Shown here: positions 19,796 to 29,500 of the stretch, piece by piece
How the letters are laid out: each line of letters opens with the position of its first letter
Position numbering within the stretch: position 1 is the stretch's first letter
From: a virus
Lineage: Duplodnaviria; Caudoviricetes
Strand: one strand, 5' to 3'
DNA: 64,000 bases
IMG/VR virus record: IMGVR_UViG_2615840593_000003
Span: 32,001 to 96,000 of that record
Program-made: the position numbers and the translations under genes
The notes under the pieces: generated by a model
The model's input: only the letters and a program-made list of their open reading frames with translations
Database searches by the model: none
What the model was told of the DNA's origin: nothing

Positions 19796-20872
19796 TCATA
19801 GGTAATCACTCGTAGAAGCTTTATTTTTTATCTTATTATTTAGTAAAAGTAACATCTCTGGACGCATCTCTTCTAAGCATTCTAACAATAATTTATGTGA
19901 AACTGTTTTATATAATTCTTCAGAAGTGTTCATTTTGGCAGATATAATACCTGTGACATTTAGATTAGTTAATCTTAGATATCTCATAGTTGTATTAACA
20001 TTACTATGCCTTGCTTTTTTCATTGCTGAATCTATACAATTGCCATTGTTCAAATAACACATAGTTACTGCTAATTTTTTAAATGAGTGAAATGTGTAAT
20101 TAATATCTGTATGATTCCATAATTTATCGCCTCTCTCCATTATATCCACTAACTGTTTATATGTGAGAGTGAATAGCTTAGTGTTATTTCCAATAGTTTT
20201 GAGTTGTAGAAGCTCATTATACAAATCCTTACTTATTTTATCAATCCATTCCTTATTGCCTTTACCTTTGTTGTAACCATGAGATTTCATTATAACTCCA
20301 TCTTCAACTTCAGTAAAATTAGACCATTCAACTCTCAGTAGTTCACTAGCTCGTAAGCCTGTTTCAATAGCTAACTTTATTATTAATGATTTCTCAAGTC
20401 CTTGTTCATCTTTAGAAAAGTATTTTACATACTGCATAGCTAAATCAAAAGGAATCATTTCTATTTCTTCTCTTTTATCAGGTAAAGACTTAAGCAAATT
20501 TAATTTATCTAAATCATAAGTAATAATGTCCCAATTTTTTAGATACCTTATCAATTCTTTTATTACTGAGATATGTCTGTTAATAGTTGCATTCTTATAC
20601 TTAGGTTCATCATCTTTATTTAATTCATCGTATAGTCCATTGAAGTAGTCTTTTAATACAGATACATTTAAATTTTCGATATCTTCTTTTGAAATGTATC
20701 TGTATTCATTTTTTCTAATTAGCTCCTTAAATACTTTATTTAAACTGCTTCTATAGTTCACAAAACTACTTTCAGACTTCTTTTTGTATTCAATTAAAAA
20801 ATCATCTATATGATTTCCAATATAAGTAACCATTTGAACAGCATTCTGATTTGTATTAAGAGCAGCAACCAT
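19796..20872 (-). CDS. yopP: YopP-like tyrosine recombinase with most catalytic residues retained
   Basis: SAM-like N-domain (ATINRHISVIK); TGLRASEL, KGKGNKE, HSFKK (HxxK variant), ARHSNVNTTMRY. Confidence 0.85.
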   Translation of the reverse strand: MVAALNTNQNAVQMVTYIGNHIDDFLIEYKKKSESSFVNYRSSLNKVFKELIRKNEYRYISKEDIENLNVSVLKDYFNGLYDELNKDDEPKYKNATINRHISVIKELIRYLKNWDIITYDLDKLNLLKSLPDKREEIEMIPFDLAMQYVKYFSKDEQGLEKSLIIKLAIETGLRASELLRVEWSNFTEVEDGVIMKSHGYNKGKGNKEWIDKISKDLYNELLQLKTIGNNTKLFTLTYKQLVDIMERGDKLWNHTDINYTFHSFKKLAVTMCYLNNGNCIDSAMKKARHSNVNTTMRYLRLTNLNVTGIISAKMNTSEELYKTVSHKLLLECLEEMRPEMLLLLNNKIKNKASTSDYL

Positions 20873-20907
20873 AACTTACAACCACCTTTGCGATTTTCTT
20901 ATTAATA

Positions 20908-20961
20908 ATAGTATATCCATATTTTTGTTAATTGTAAAGCGAATTATGTATTTTATTATTT
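20908..20961 (-). promoter_or_regulatory. Promoter of the yopP-Q-R-like operon with adjacent AATAAAATACATAA element
   Basis: Minus strand aataaaatacataattcgc-TTTACA...TATACT. Confidence 0.6.
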
Positions 20962-21022
20962 ATTACTTGAGAGCCGACCTCGTTTTATCGACTCTCAGTG
21001 TTTTATAATATGTTCCTTTTAT

Positions 21023-21442
21023 TTAACCTTTTAACATTAATTCAATCTCATCCAATTCCATTTGAACCTTTTTATCCTCAGAGAAGAAAGTATCAAGCTT
21101 TGTTTCTAAAGCTTTTAGTGTCTTCTTTTCTTCTTTAACAATAATGTTTTGTATTTGTGCATTTAAATCGCTTACCCATTCAGAGATATGGTGTCCATCA
21201 ATAATTGCATATTCAAATAAATCTTCATCATATGAATTCAATCCACGACCAATCCCCATAAGTTTACCAATTAGAACTGCAATATCAGCTTTAGATAGAA
21301 CGTTAAAGTTATATACTACACCTTCAAAGTTTAGAATTTTCTTCGTAATAAACTTTGATGGATGGTCTTTCTCTGCAATAATATTTTTCTTTTCTTCGAT
21401 TACCTTTTTTAAAGCTTCAATACGAGCGTCATTATTTACCAT
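21023..21442 (-). CDS. Hypothetical coiled-coil protein
   Basis: 139-aa ORF; stop abuts site 21005. Confidence 0.75.
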   Translation of the reverse strand: MVNNDARIEALKKVIEEKKNIIAEKDHPSKFITKKILNFEGVVYNFNVLSKADIAVLIGKLMGIGRGLNSYDEDLFEYAIIDGHHISEWVSDLNAQIQNIIVKEEKKTLKALETKLDTFFSEDKKVQMELDEIELMLKG

Positions 21443-21444
21443 AA

Positions 21445-22617
21445 TTATTTATCCTCCTTGAACTTTTGTCCATTTTCTAAATACAAGACTTGATACATCG
21501 GTTTATATACGTCAAATAGATGTCTGAAGTTATCAAACTTCACAGTCTCTTCGTACTCTACTTCTCTTAATTGTACCTGTGAAGTCCAAGACCAAGATGG
21601 TCGGTACTCTTCTTGTTTTTTATATTTAAAATTAATATATGGCTTAGGATTTTCTTCATTTGTAACCTTAACTTCAATTTGATGGAGATATCCTGTTACA
21701 TTTGTATTAACATCAGCCGTTCTCCAACTACTCCATCGACGGTTGTCATGATCTTCTAGATTTAATTCTTTTCGAACATACTCATCAAATTCCTCGTAAG
21801 TGAATGGTATATATTGAGTTGCTGAAATATTAACAGGAGAAAATGCTCTTTGTTTTTCTAGATAAGCATACATTTCTGCATATTCATCATGAGTATTATC
21901 TTCTATTTCTGCAATGAATTTCTGCCAGTTACCACCTTCTACATGACAACTATACGTTCCATCATCTTTTTTACTAACAAAGAAAAATTTCTTTTTGTCT
22001 TCTTTGTTATAAGTATAATAATCTTCTCCATTTGGTAGTTTAACTTTTAGACTCCAACTATACTCATAGTGGTCATAACGACCCATGTATATCCATTGTT
22101 CATTGTTTTTGGTTAGATAAGTTGCTCCGACTTTAATAGTACGAGCACCAATTTTAAATCTGCTATGTATTTTTTCACTGTATTCTAAAATTGATTTATA
22201 ATCTGCTGATTCGACGGGCAGAAGAACTAAATCTTTTCCAGACCAACCATAAACAAACTCTCCTTCTAAACCCTTGCCTTTAGAAGAAGTAGCATTCTCC
22301 AAAATAAATAATAGATTCTCAATTGTTACTTCAAACTCAAATCCACGAGGATCATATACTCTTACATACGCCTGACGATGATTCCAACAAGAAACATAGT
22401 CTCCAACTTTTTTGTTAAGAACGAACCCTTCCGTTGGTACATTTTCAAAAATGTCATTACCTAGTTCTTTATCTCGCCAATTCTGCCAACTTGTTTCTTT
22501 GCGTAATACTCCTTTTTCGTCAAAGTAAATTATATATGCTAACTTTTGAGTATATGTATTGCTTCGCTTTTGATAACCTATATTAATTTTTTCAGGAATA
22601 AAAATAGTAGATTTCAA
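21445..22617 (-). CDS. Phage protein of unknown function
   Basis: 390-aa ORF, RBS gaggag. Confidence 0.8.
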   Translation of the reverse strand: MKSTIFIPEKINIGYQKRSNTYTQKLAYIIYFDEKGVLRKETSWQNWRDKELGNDIFENVPTEGFVLNKKVGDYVSCWNHRQAYVRVYDPRGFEFEVTIENLLFILENATSSKGKGLEGEFVYGWSGKDLVLLPVESADYKSILEYSEKIHSRFKIGARTIKVGATYLTKNNEQWIYMGRYDHYEYSWSLKVKLPNGEDYYTYNKEDKKKFFFVSKKDDGTYSCHVEGGNWQKFIAEIEDNTHDEYAEMYAYLEKQRAFSPVNISATQYIPFTYEEFDEYVRKELNLEDHDNRRWSSWRTADVNTNVTGYLHQIEVKVTNEENPKPYINFKYKKQEEYRPSWSWTSQVQLREVEYEETVKFDNFRHLFDVYKPMYQVLYLENGQKFKEDK

Positions 22618-22669
22618 TTAACAAACTCCTCTTTTATGTATTTTTTATAATAGTTAAATTTTATATAAT

Positions 22670-23173
22670 CTAATATGTGAATTGTCCTACATCTTTAAAC
22701 TTTGCTTCTGAATATGATCCATAAGTATTCTTATAGTACTTAAATAATTTTTTCTGAATCGCTTTCAAAGAATCGTCGCTAAATTTCAAGCCTTCACAAG
22801 ATAAGTAAATATCATCGACCTTGGATGTACTGTTATAATCGTCTATAACAACTACTTCTCTACCGTCAATTTTATAAGTATCATTATCAGACTCATCATT
22901 AATTATGCTGTTAAATATATCTCTCACCTCTTCTGGAGAATAACTGTCTAAAGCTTTCTCTACCACTTGGATACCGTTTACTTCGTAGTATAAAGAATTT
23001 TTACATCTCATACTTTTTCTACAGGAGAAATCAATCACTACATATAAATTATCTCTAAAATTAGCAATAGCTTCACCACAGAAACATCCATCAGTATGAA
23101 CCTTACCAGACTTAAATTCCTTTTTAATTTTCTTTATTTCATCAACTGTTAAATTTAATTCAATTACATTCAT
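22670..23173 (-). CDS. Hypothetical protein
   Basis: 167-aa ORF between sites 22647 and 23201. Confidence 0.7.
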   Translation of the reverse strand: MNVIELNLTVDEIKKIKKEFKSGKVHTDGCFCGEAIANFRDNLYVVIDFSCRKSMRCKNSLYYEVNGIQVVEKALDSYSPEEVRDIFNSIINDESDNDTYKIDGREVVVIDDYNSTSKVDDIYLSCEGLKFSDDSLKAIQKKLFKYYKNTYGSYSEAKFKDVGQFTY

Positions 23174-23217
23174 CTTAGATATACTCCTTTTATGTATTTA
23201 ACAATATTTAGTTATTA

Positions 23218-23406
23218 TTAATAAATGCTTTCTATTTCATCAATTGTTAGTTTTACTATGTTCCCATAATCAGTTTTACCGACATACACATCTTTTCCTA
23301 ATTTATCATGATAATATCTATCGATAATTTTAGCTTTATTGTTCTTTATGACACCATTTCCAATTGATTTAAAAGACATTGTTTTGCCAAACATACGTAA
23401 ACTCAC
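23218..23406 (-). CDS. Hypothetical protein
   Basis: 62-aa ORF; stop overlaps site 23201. Confidence 0.55.
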   Translation of the reverse strand: MSLRMFGKTMSFKSIGNGVIKNNKAKIIDRYYHDKLGKDVYVGKTDYGNIVKLTIDEIESIY

Positions 23407-23408
23407 TC

Positions 23409-23645
23409 CTATTTACAGTAATTTAATGCTTCACTTTCAAACTCGTAATTATGTTCTTTATCACACTTTGGGCAACGTACTCTATATTGTTTTATAAAAT
23501 CAATATCAAAACCATTATAGTATTCTTTATAAAACCTACCTAAATAAGTCCATTCATGAACACATTCAGCTTGCTTTAATTCCTTTTCACGCTGAATTTC
23601 TCTTAACTGTCGTCTGTGTGAAAATTCACTTATCCATTTGAACAC
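23409..23645 (-). CDS. Small zinc-ribbon protein
   Basis: CVHEW...RCPKCDK. Confidence 0.65.
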   Translation of the reverse strand: MFKWISEFSHRRQLREIQREKELKQAECVHEWTYLGRFYKEYYNGFDIDFIKQYRVRCPKCDKEHNYEFESEALNYCK

Positions 23646-23820
23646 TGAACCATCTCCAGTTGATTCAATTGATCCTTTAATCCAATGTAATCATTTATTG
23701 CAAACAGCAAATTATCTAATTCTCTTTTAGAACAACGATTTGACGGACTACCATTTAAACGTACAATTAACTTATGCATTACTGTATACCTCTTTTCATT
23801 AATATATCTCTTTTATGTAA

Positions 23821-24081
23821 TTACAATCCTCTTGCTAATCGTTCTTTTCTAATCTCATTAAGCATTACCATAGGTGAATCAATTTCATATTGTAATTTCA
23901 TTATCTCTTTATTTAATCTGTCAATTTCATTTTCTTGCTTACTTATTATACTCCATAGCTTATCATTATCTTTTAATTCACCAGTTAAGTCTGTTACATC
24001 ATCTAAAAACAATACTTTTCCTTTTTCATATCTTCTATCTATTAATTTAAATAATATCCTCTCAATAAAATTCAACCCCAC
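23821..24081 (-). CDS. Hypothetical protein
   Basis: 86-aa ORF, RBS ggagga. Confidence 0.65.
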   Translation of the reverse strand: MGLNFIERILFKLIDRRYEKGKVLFLDDVTDLTGELKDNDKLWSIISKQENEIDRLNKEIMKLQYEIDSPMVMLNEIRKERLARGL

Positions 24082-24087
24082 TCCTCC

Positions 24088-24321
24088 CTACTCTTCATAA
24101 TAATCACTGATATCTGCGCCCAATGAGTTACAAGTTAATGATAATGCAGACATTAATCTCTTATTCTTATCTTGTAGCTCTTTAATGTATAAATTAGCAA
24201 AATAAAACACTTCTGTTGGGCAGCAAGCCATTGATTCCGTACACTTCCCATCAACTACTTCAGGTATTAACTCCCTCATTTCAACTGCTTGATCGGTCAT
24301 CGTCTCTTCTGTTGATTTCAT
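24088..24321 (-). CDS. Hypothetical protein
   Basis: 77-aa ORF with RBS. Confidence 0.65.
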   Translation of the reverse strand: MKSTEETMTDQAVEMRELIPEVVDGKCTESMACCPTEVFYFANLYIKELQDKNKRLMSALSLTCNSLGADISDYYEE

Positions 24322-24349
24322 GATTACACTTCTCCTTTATCAATTCAAA

Positions 24350-24547
24350 TTAATGTATAACTACAATGTCTTCATTATCGTAGAACTCATGAAGAGTAAA
24401 TGCTTTTAAATCTTTTTTAAAATATTCACCACCTAGCCTAGAGTGAACTTTATTTACAGCTTCTTTTTTATTACTAGACTTTACAAGAAACCATTCGTTA
24501 TGTGTCATTGGATGCCTGTCAAATACCTTTACAATATAATCATTCAT
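24350..24547 (-). CDS. Hypothetical protein
   Basis: Start at MNDYIV with RBS ggagggg just after site 24563. Confidence 0.6.
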   Translation of the reverse strand: MNDYIVKVFDRHPMTHNEWFLVKSSNKKEAVNKVHSRLGGEYFKKDLKAFTLHEFYDNEDIVVIH

Positions 24548-24811
24548 TACATTTCCCCTCCAATAATACATCTGTTTTATGTAATTAATTATTTAGTATT
24601 GATGACCTTCATTATCCCAAAGTGCTTCTGTAACTTTAACGACTTTACCAAATTCTTCTGCTTGTTTTATTGCTCCACCGATATACCCTGCGTAAAACTG
24701 CTTTCGAAGTGTCTTATTTTTATCAACATCATAAATGCAACACGTTGTATAAAGTAGCTGTACCAATAATCATCATTATCCCTCCATTTTTTTCTTCGTA
24801 AAAGACGGCTT

Positions 24812-25285
24812 TTATTTAACTTCCCACTCGTTGTTTATATCTTCTAACTCCCAACTTTCAATACCACTGTGTTGCATTTTGTAATCATTAAGCAATCCAA
24901 ATTTACGCAACTTATATAAATCATTCAATTCTAAGTCAAAGAATTTATCACTAATTTCCATTACTGCAATTTCAAGTATAAATTGCATCATTCTCATATG
25001 ATTCAAATATGTATTTGTTCCACATACATGATAATATCCATCCTCTTCATATGGATATCTTTCACCTTTGAACCAGAAGTGTGAACATCCATCCCATTTA
25101 ACACTAGCGATTGCAAAAAAGCCTCTACTTGCTACACTTCCGTCAGTATTCCATGAACAAGGTATGTATGCTTTGCACTCAATATAAGTTTTTTCTGCAA
25201 TATAATCTACCTGACCTATTACATCATGTTCATTTTCTTTAAATGAAACCAGATTAATTCTTTTAATATTCTTCATTCCAAACAC
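24812..25285 (-). CDS. Hypothetical protein
   Basis: 157-aa ORF filling sites 24798-25297. Confidence 0.7.
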   Translation of the reverse strand: MFGMKNIKRINLVSFKENEHDVIGQVDYIAEKTYIECKAYIPCSWNTDGSVASRGFFAIASVKWDGCSHFWFKGERYPYEEDGYYHVCGTNTYLNHMRMMQFILEIAVMEISDKFFDLELNDLYKLRKFGLLNDYKMQHSGIESWELEDINNEWEVK

Positions 25286-25310
25286 CCCTATCTCTAATAA
25301 AATGCGATTA

Positions 25311-25928
25311 TCATTTAATATCTGTAAAACTATAATTCTCTGGTAAATGAATTTGAAAATTATATTTACCCTTTTGGTAATGAGGTAAATCTTTTATTAA
25401 TTCTTGATATGTAATATAAGGCGTATCACCTTTGACTAAATCAAAGTTTGGAGTTGTTTTTACTGTCTCTGTGATGCCATTACCATTTAATTTATATGAA
25501 ATCGTCATAGTAGTTAGTAAGCTGCTATTTATTGATCCTGTACCAAAGATAAGGCTTCCTGATACTTCTACTTCTGCATCAATCTTAATGTAGAATATTT
25601 CAGCTTTAGTCGTTGGTAAGGTACTAATATAAGGGTCACCATATTTAGTTTTATAATCAGCAATTTCTTTATTGTTCTTTTCATTAGCCACAGAATACTT
25701 TGATGCTGCATTAATTACTGGTAAAAATATAACCATAATACTAAATAATACAGCAAGTCCAAGTGTACCAATGAATTCAAAATTTTCTCCTATCCATAAG
25801 CAAAAAATACTCAGCACAAGAAACAGTCCGATATATAAAACATATTGCCACCAAGTAAAACTAGCCCAAAAATGACCTTCATGTAATCCTACGCCATTTC
25901 CTATCTTAACAATTTCTTCGTAATTCAT
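25311..25928 (-). CDS. Membrane protein
   Basis: Two TM helices plus a soluble C-domain; RBS aggag. Confidence 0.75.
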   Translation of the reverse strand: MNYEEIVKIGNGVGLHEGHFWASFTWWQYVLYIGLFLVLSIFCLWIGENFEFIGTLGLAVLFSIMVIFLPVINAASKYSVANEKNNKEIADYKTKYGDPYISTLPTTKAEIFYIKIDAEVEVSGSLIFGTGSINSSLLTTMTISYKLNGNGITETVKTTPNFDLVKGDTPYITYQELIKDLPHYQKGKYNFQIHLPENYSFTDIK

Positions 25929-26169
25929 TACACCTCTCCTTTATTCATATTCAATCGCAATAATGTTAGACAATACAAACATGATACTTTTACCACTATT
26001 TAAATTTATTGGTACAGTCTATTCAGCATTTCCTGATGCAGCCCTTGTAATTTCGATCATTACACTTTCAGCTTCATTTCCTTCAAAAACATAATCCTCT
26101 TTTACTGTGTAAATTTTTAATCCCATCATTTCACCTACTTTATGTATTTTATTTTATAAAATGAAATTA

Positions 26170-26580
26170 TTATTTAACACTGTCACTGATCAATGGTACT
26201 AACTTTTCAACTCTAATTGCATCTACTACACATGTATCTCTAATATCTTCATTTGCTAAATCAAAAATTGCTTCATCAATACCTTGCTCTAAATAATTAA
26301 CTCTAGATTTTAATTCATCATTTTCGACTCTGAGTTTATTGTTATCATTTAAGTTCCAATGTTTTTCTCCGTATTTATTCAAATTTAAAATTAGCCAAGC
26401 ATTTACTAATGATCGTTTGATATCTCTTAGTTGACTTTCCATATACAATTCATTGAATCCATTTTGCAACTGTCCGTCTTCGTACAACTTAAATAAAGTT
26501 TTAAACTCGGTAACTATTTCTCCTACAAAATCCATTTCTTGCTTTACTTTTTGCAATTCATAAACTTCATAATTTAACAT
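26170..26580 (-). CDS. Hypothetical protein
   Basis: 136-aa ORF; stop inside site 26156. Confidence 0.7.
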   Translation of the reverse strand: MLNYEVYELQKVKQEMDFVGEIVTEFKTLFKLYEDGQLQNGFNELYMESQLRDIKRSLVNAWLILNLNKYGEKHWNLNDNNKLRVENDELKSRVNYLEQGIDEAIFDLANEDIRDTCVVDAIRVEKLVPLISDSVK

Positions 26581-27084
26581 ATCTCCATCTCCTTTTTAAA
26601 ATTTCTTCTTTCATAGTATTTATTTTTCTATCACAAATATTGTATCGTGCAACTTAAATCTATTACATTTTATACACCTATAATTTTCTGAGTATGTTAA
26701 TGTATTACAAGTAAAGCATTTCGTCATTTTAGAATCATCTACTACTTTATTAACTTGCCCCATTAAATTCTCAAATGAACTATTATCTTGTTTCATATGT
26801 CCTCCTCCAAACTCCAAGTGAAATGTAGATACCGTTACCCTTACTCCGTTTCATAAAAGTAACTTATTATTTAGACTCATTTTCATCTCTAGCTCCATTC
26901 ACTTGATTATATACTTTGTTTATACCCCTTCTAATATCTTCGATACTCGCATTGCTTATGACATGCTGATAATCAACTTTTTTAGTTACCTCTGTAACAG
27001 AAATCCGTCTATCTATTAATTTTATTATACATTCTCTTAAACTTTTTATATTTATCCCCTCTTTTCATAAAAGCGTTCTATTAT

Positions 27085-27372
27085 TTAGCATACTCCATCC
27101 CATTGCTTAAATTTCTTCTCACTGACAATTTCATTTTCTTTCAAAATAAATGCACTTGATCCCTCATATTCTAGGACTGTATTTTTTGAAGCTAATACAT
27201 AGTCATAAAATTCTGGAGCATTTGATTTAAATTTTTTTAAGTATAGAGAGACTAGTTTATTTGAAAATAGCTTTCTTTCTACTTTGTAAATATGTACCTC
27301 TATACAAGAGTAACTATTATCTATGGCATCTATCCACTTTTTTATTTTTATAAAACTCATTTCCTTTATCAC
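27085..27372 (-). CDS. Hypothetical protein
   Basis: 95-aa ORF; stop abuts site 27067. Confidence 0.6.
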   Translation of the reverse strand: MIKEMSFIKIKKWIDAIDNSYSCIEVHIYKVERKLFSNKLVSLYLKKFKSNAPEFYDYVLASKNTVLEYEGSSAFILKENEIVSEKKFKQWDGVC

Positions 27373-27441
27373 TAATCACAGGGAATTTTATCATATTTCA
27401 CTCTCCATTCATTTCCGATAAAATCGTTATTTTACGGAAAG

Positions 27442-27711
27442 TTAATCCACTTTATTTTTCTTCATCTTCTCCAATTGGTCTTCTGTGAAGGCGAATGACG
27501 TACATCCGATAGAATTCCATTCATCTATAATATGGTCTGGTATCATTTCTTCTACAGTAATTTTTACAAAATTACCATCGTACTCAGATAATAATTCATG
27601 TAAATATTCTCCACCAACTATTCCTATTTCGGCATCCTTCTTATTATCCCATAAGCCTAACTTTTCATATGACCCACCTAGATAACCTTTAAATTCTTTT
27701 TTATTTATCAC
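27442..27711 (-). CDS. Hypothetical protein
   Basis: 89-aa ORF, RBS aggagg. Confidence 0.7.
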   Translation of the reverse strand: MINKKEFKGYLGGSYEKLGLWDNKKDAEIGIVGGEYLHELLSEYDGNFVKITVEEMIPDHIIDEWNSIGCTSFAFTEDQLEKMKKNKVD

Positions 27712-27748
27712 CTAATATACCTCCTTTAATTTTGATAATATCGAATTA

Positions 27749-28060
27749 TTATTCAGTTGTAACACCATTAGACTTTAAATACTCTACCATCACATTTACT
27801 ATTGCATTAGATGGTGAATACCCAAATCCACTGTACTCAACTTCATCTTTTAAAATCGACGCACTGTAATTTAATCCATTTGATATTTTACTAACTAAAC
27901 ATTCTTCAAATTGCTCCAATAAAATCCACGCGTCATCTATATCTGTATTAGGATGCCAACTTGATTTATTTATCAAACCATTATCAGTAACCCATTTTCC
28001 AGATTCTTCATCCGTTGTCCAATTCATAATTTCTATAGCCAGAACATCTCTAATATCCAT
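27749..28060 (-). CDS. Phage ABA-sandwich (BC1872-like) protein
   Basis: LAIEIMNW...WHPNTDIDDAWILLEQF...PSNAIV pattern. Confidence 0.65.
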   Translation of the reverse strand: MDIRDVLAIEIMNWTTDEESGKWVTDNGLINKSSWHPNTDIDDAWILLEQFEECLVSKISNGLNYSASILKDEVEYSGFGYSPSNAIVNVMVEYLKSNGVTTE

Positions 28061-28149
28061 ATTTATTGAGCCTCCAATTTAAAATAAAACTATTATTATA
28101 CTCTTCAATATTCAAGTCAATATTCCTTCTTATAAAATACGAATATTAT

Positions 28150-28608
28150 CTAATCTTCTCCCCATTGAGAAACACCTACTAATAAAGCTCTAGCTCTTAA
28201 AATTTCACTATTATATTTCTCTTCATCAAAGTCTTCATCTGAAAAAGCATCGAAAATTATTTCCTCAATATCAACTATATAATCCGGAGAAAGACTATTT
28301 AGTACTTTATATTGATTTGGCTCTCCCTCTATATTATAATCATCCACTTTCAATAAATTTTTGGGAACACTTAAAGTAAAAATTACACCTTCAGTTTCGA
28401 TCATAGGAAATTCTATTTCACCTGCATCTAATGATTTTTGTTCTTCATAAAGAAGTCCACCTGTCCAAATAAAAGCATATTCTTTTGCCTTTTCATAATC
28501 AGTAGTAACGTAAACATGATTCCTATGTCTCTGAGCTACTAATCCTTCTTGTTCAATTTTATCCAAATAGTGAGAAGATGTACCGTGATACACAGTAGTC
28601 ATTTTCAT
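28150..28608 (-). CDS. ADP-ribosyltransferase-fold protein (Tpt1/KptA C-domain or ART-like)
   Basis: VYHGTS...IEQEGL...VYVTTDYEKAKEYA...NQYKV; start at MKMTT with RBS aggagg. Confidence 0.65.
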   Translation of the reverse strand: MKMTTVYHGTSSHYLDKIEQEGLVAQRHRNHVYVTTDYEKAKEYAFIWTGGLLYEEQKSLDAGEIEFPMIETEGVIFTLSVPKNLLKVDDYNIEGEPNQYKVLNSLSPDYIVDIEEIIFDAFSDEDFDEEKYNSEILRARALLVGVSQWGED

Positions 28609-28839
28609 ATGTAAAATCCTCCTAATATTTAGTAATGTTTGATTTCTTAACCTAAGTATAATTAATAAAATACATAAAATCAAGTATAAATTATGTATTT
28701 CTTTGTTTAATTTTATAAAAGGGAAATATTATAGAAAATGCATGAACAACATTACCATCAACAGGAAAATTCTTATAGAATATCATACTTAATTTGGTAT
28801 ACTATACATTGTAACTATTTTCTAGGAGGAATAAGGTAA

Positions 28840-29445
28840 ATGGATAGTAAATTTTGGACTATTTTCTTTTTAATAATCTTCTTTCCATTAGGTTTGTTTT
28901 TAATGTGGAAGCATGGTCACTTCACTAAACAAGTACGTGTTTTCATAACACTGTTTTTTGTAATTATAGTTTTACTTACATCTTGTTTTAGTGGTGCAAA
29001 CAGTGCTCAAAAGGAAGAATTGGATAAGAAGGAACAACAACTAAAAGATAAAGAAAAACACTTAGTCAAACTAGAGAAGTCACTAAATGATAGAGAACAA
29101 GATATAGACAAGAAAATACAGGATTACAAGAAAAATATCGAAGAGCAGAATAAAAAATTAAAAGAGCAAGAGGAAATGAAGAAGCTTGAAGAACAGAAAA
29201 AACAAGAGGAATTAAAAAAGCAAGAAGAACAAAAAAAGGTTGAAGAGCAAAAGAAATTGGAAGAAGCGCAAAAACAAGAGGCGACTCAACCAACATCTGC
29301 TACAACAACTGCTCCTCAACAAAGTGTAAACTTCAGAAATTGTAAAGAAGCTAAAGCTGCAGGTTATTCAAACATTAGAAGAGGAGAACCTGGTTACTCA
29401 TCTAGACTAGATAGAGACGGTGATGGAATAGCTTGCGATAGATGA
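28840..29445 (+). CDS. Membrane-anchored coiled-coil protein with a C-terminal Excalibur Ca-binding domain
   Basis: FFPLGLFLMWK TM; FRNCKEAKAAG...GEPGYSSRLDRDGDGIACD. Confidence 0.9.
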   Translation: MDSKFWTIFFLIIFFPLGLFLMWKHGHFTKQVRVFITLFFVIIVLLTSCFSGANSAQKEELDKKEQQLKDKEKHLVKLEKSLNDREQDIDKKIQDYKKNIEEQNKKLKEQEEMKKLEEQKKQEELKKQEEQKKVEEQKKLEEAQKQEATQPTSATTTAPQQSVNFRNCKEAKAAGYSNIRRGEPGYSSRLDRDGDGIACDR

Positions 29446-29454
29446 TAACAAAAG

Positions 29455-29488
29455 AAAGTCACTCACTATTTTCTGTGGGTGACTTTTT
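29455..29488. terminator. Bidirectional terminator
   Basis: aaagtcactcac...gtgggtgactttt between convergent genes. Confidence 0.7.
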
Positions 29489-29500
29489 ATATACTTTAGA

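Noticed and set aside
29100-29280. DNA tandem repeat in the Excalibur gene
   Set aside because: Explained by a low-complexity K/E/Q coiled-coil coding sequence
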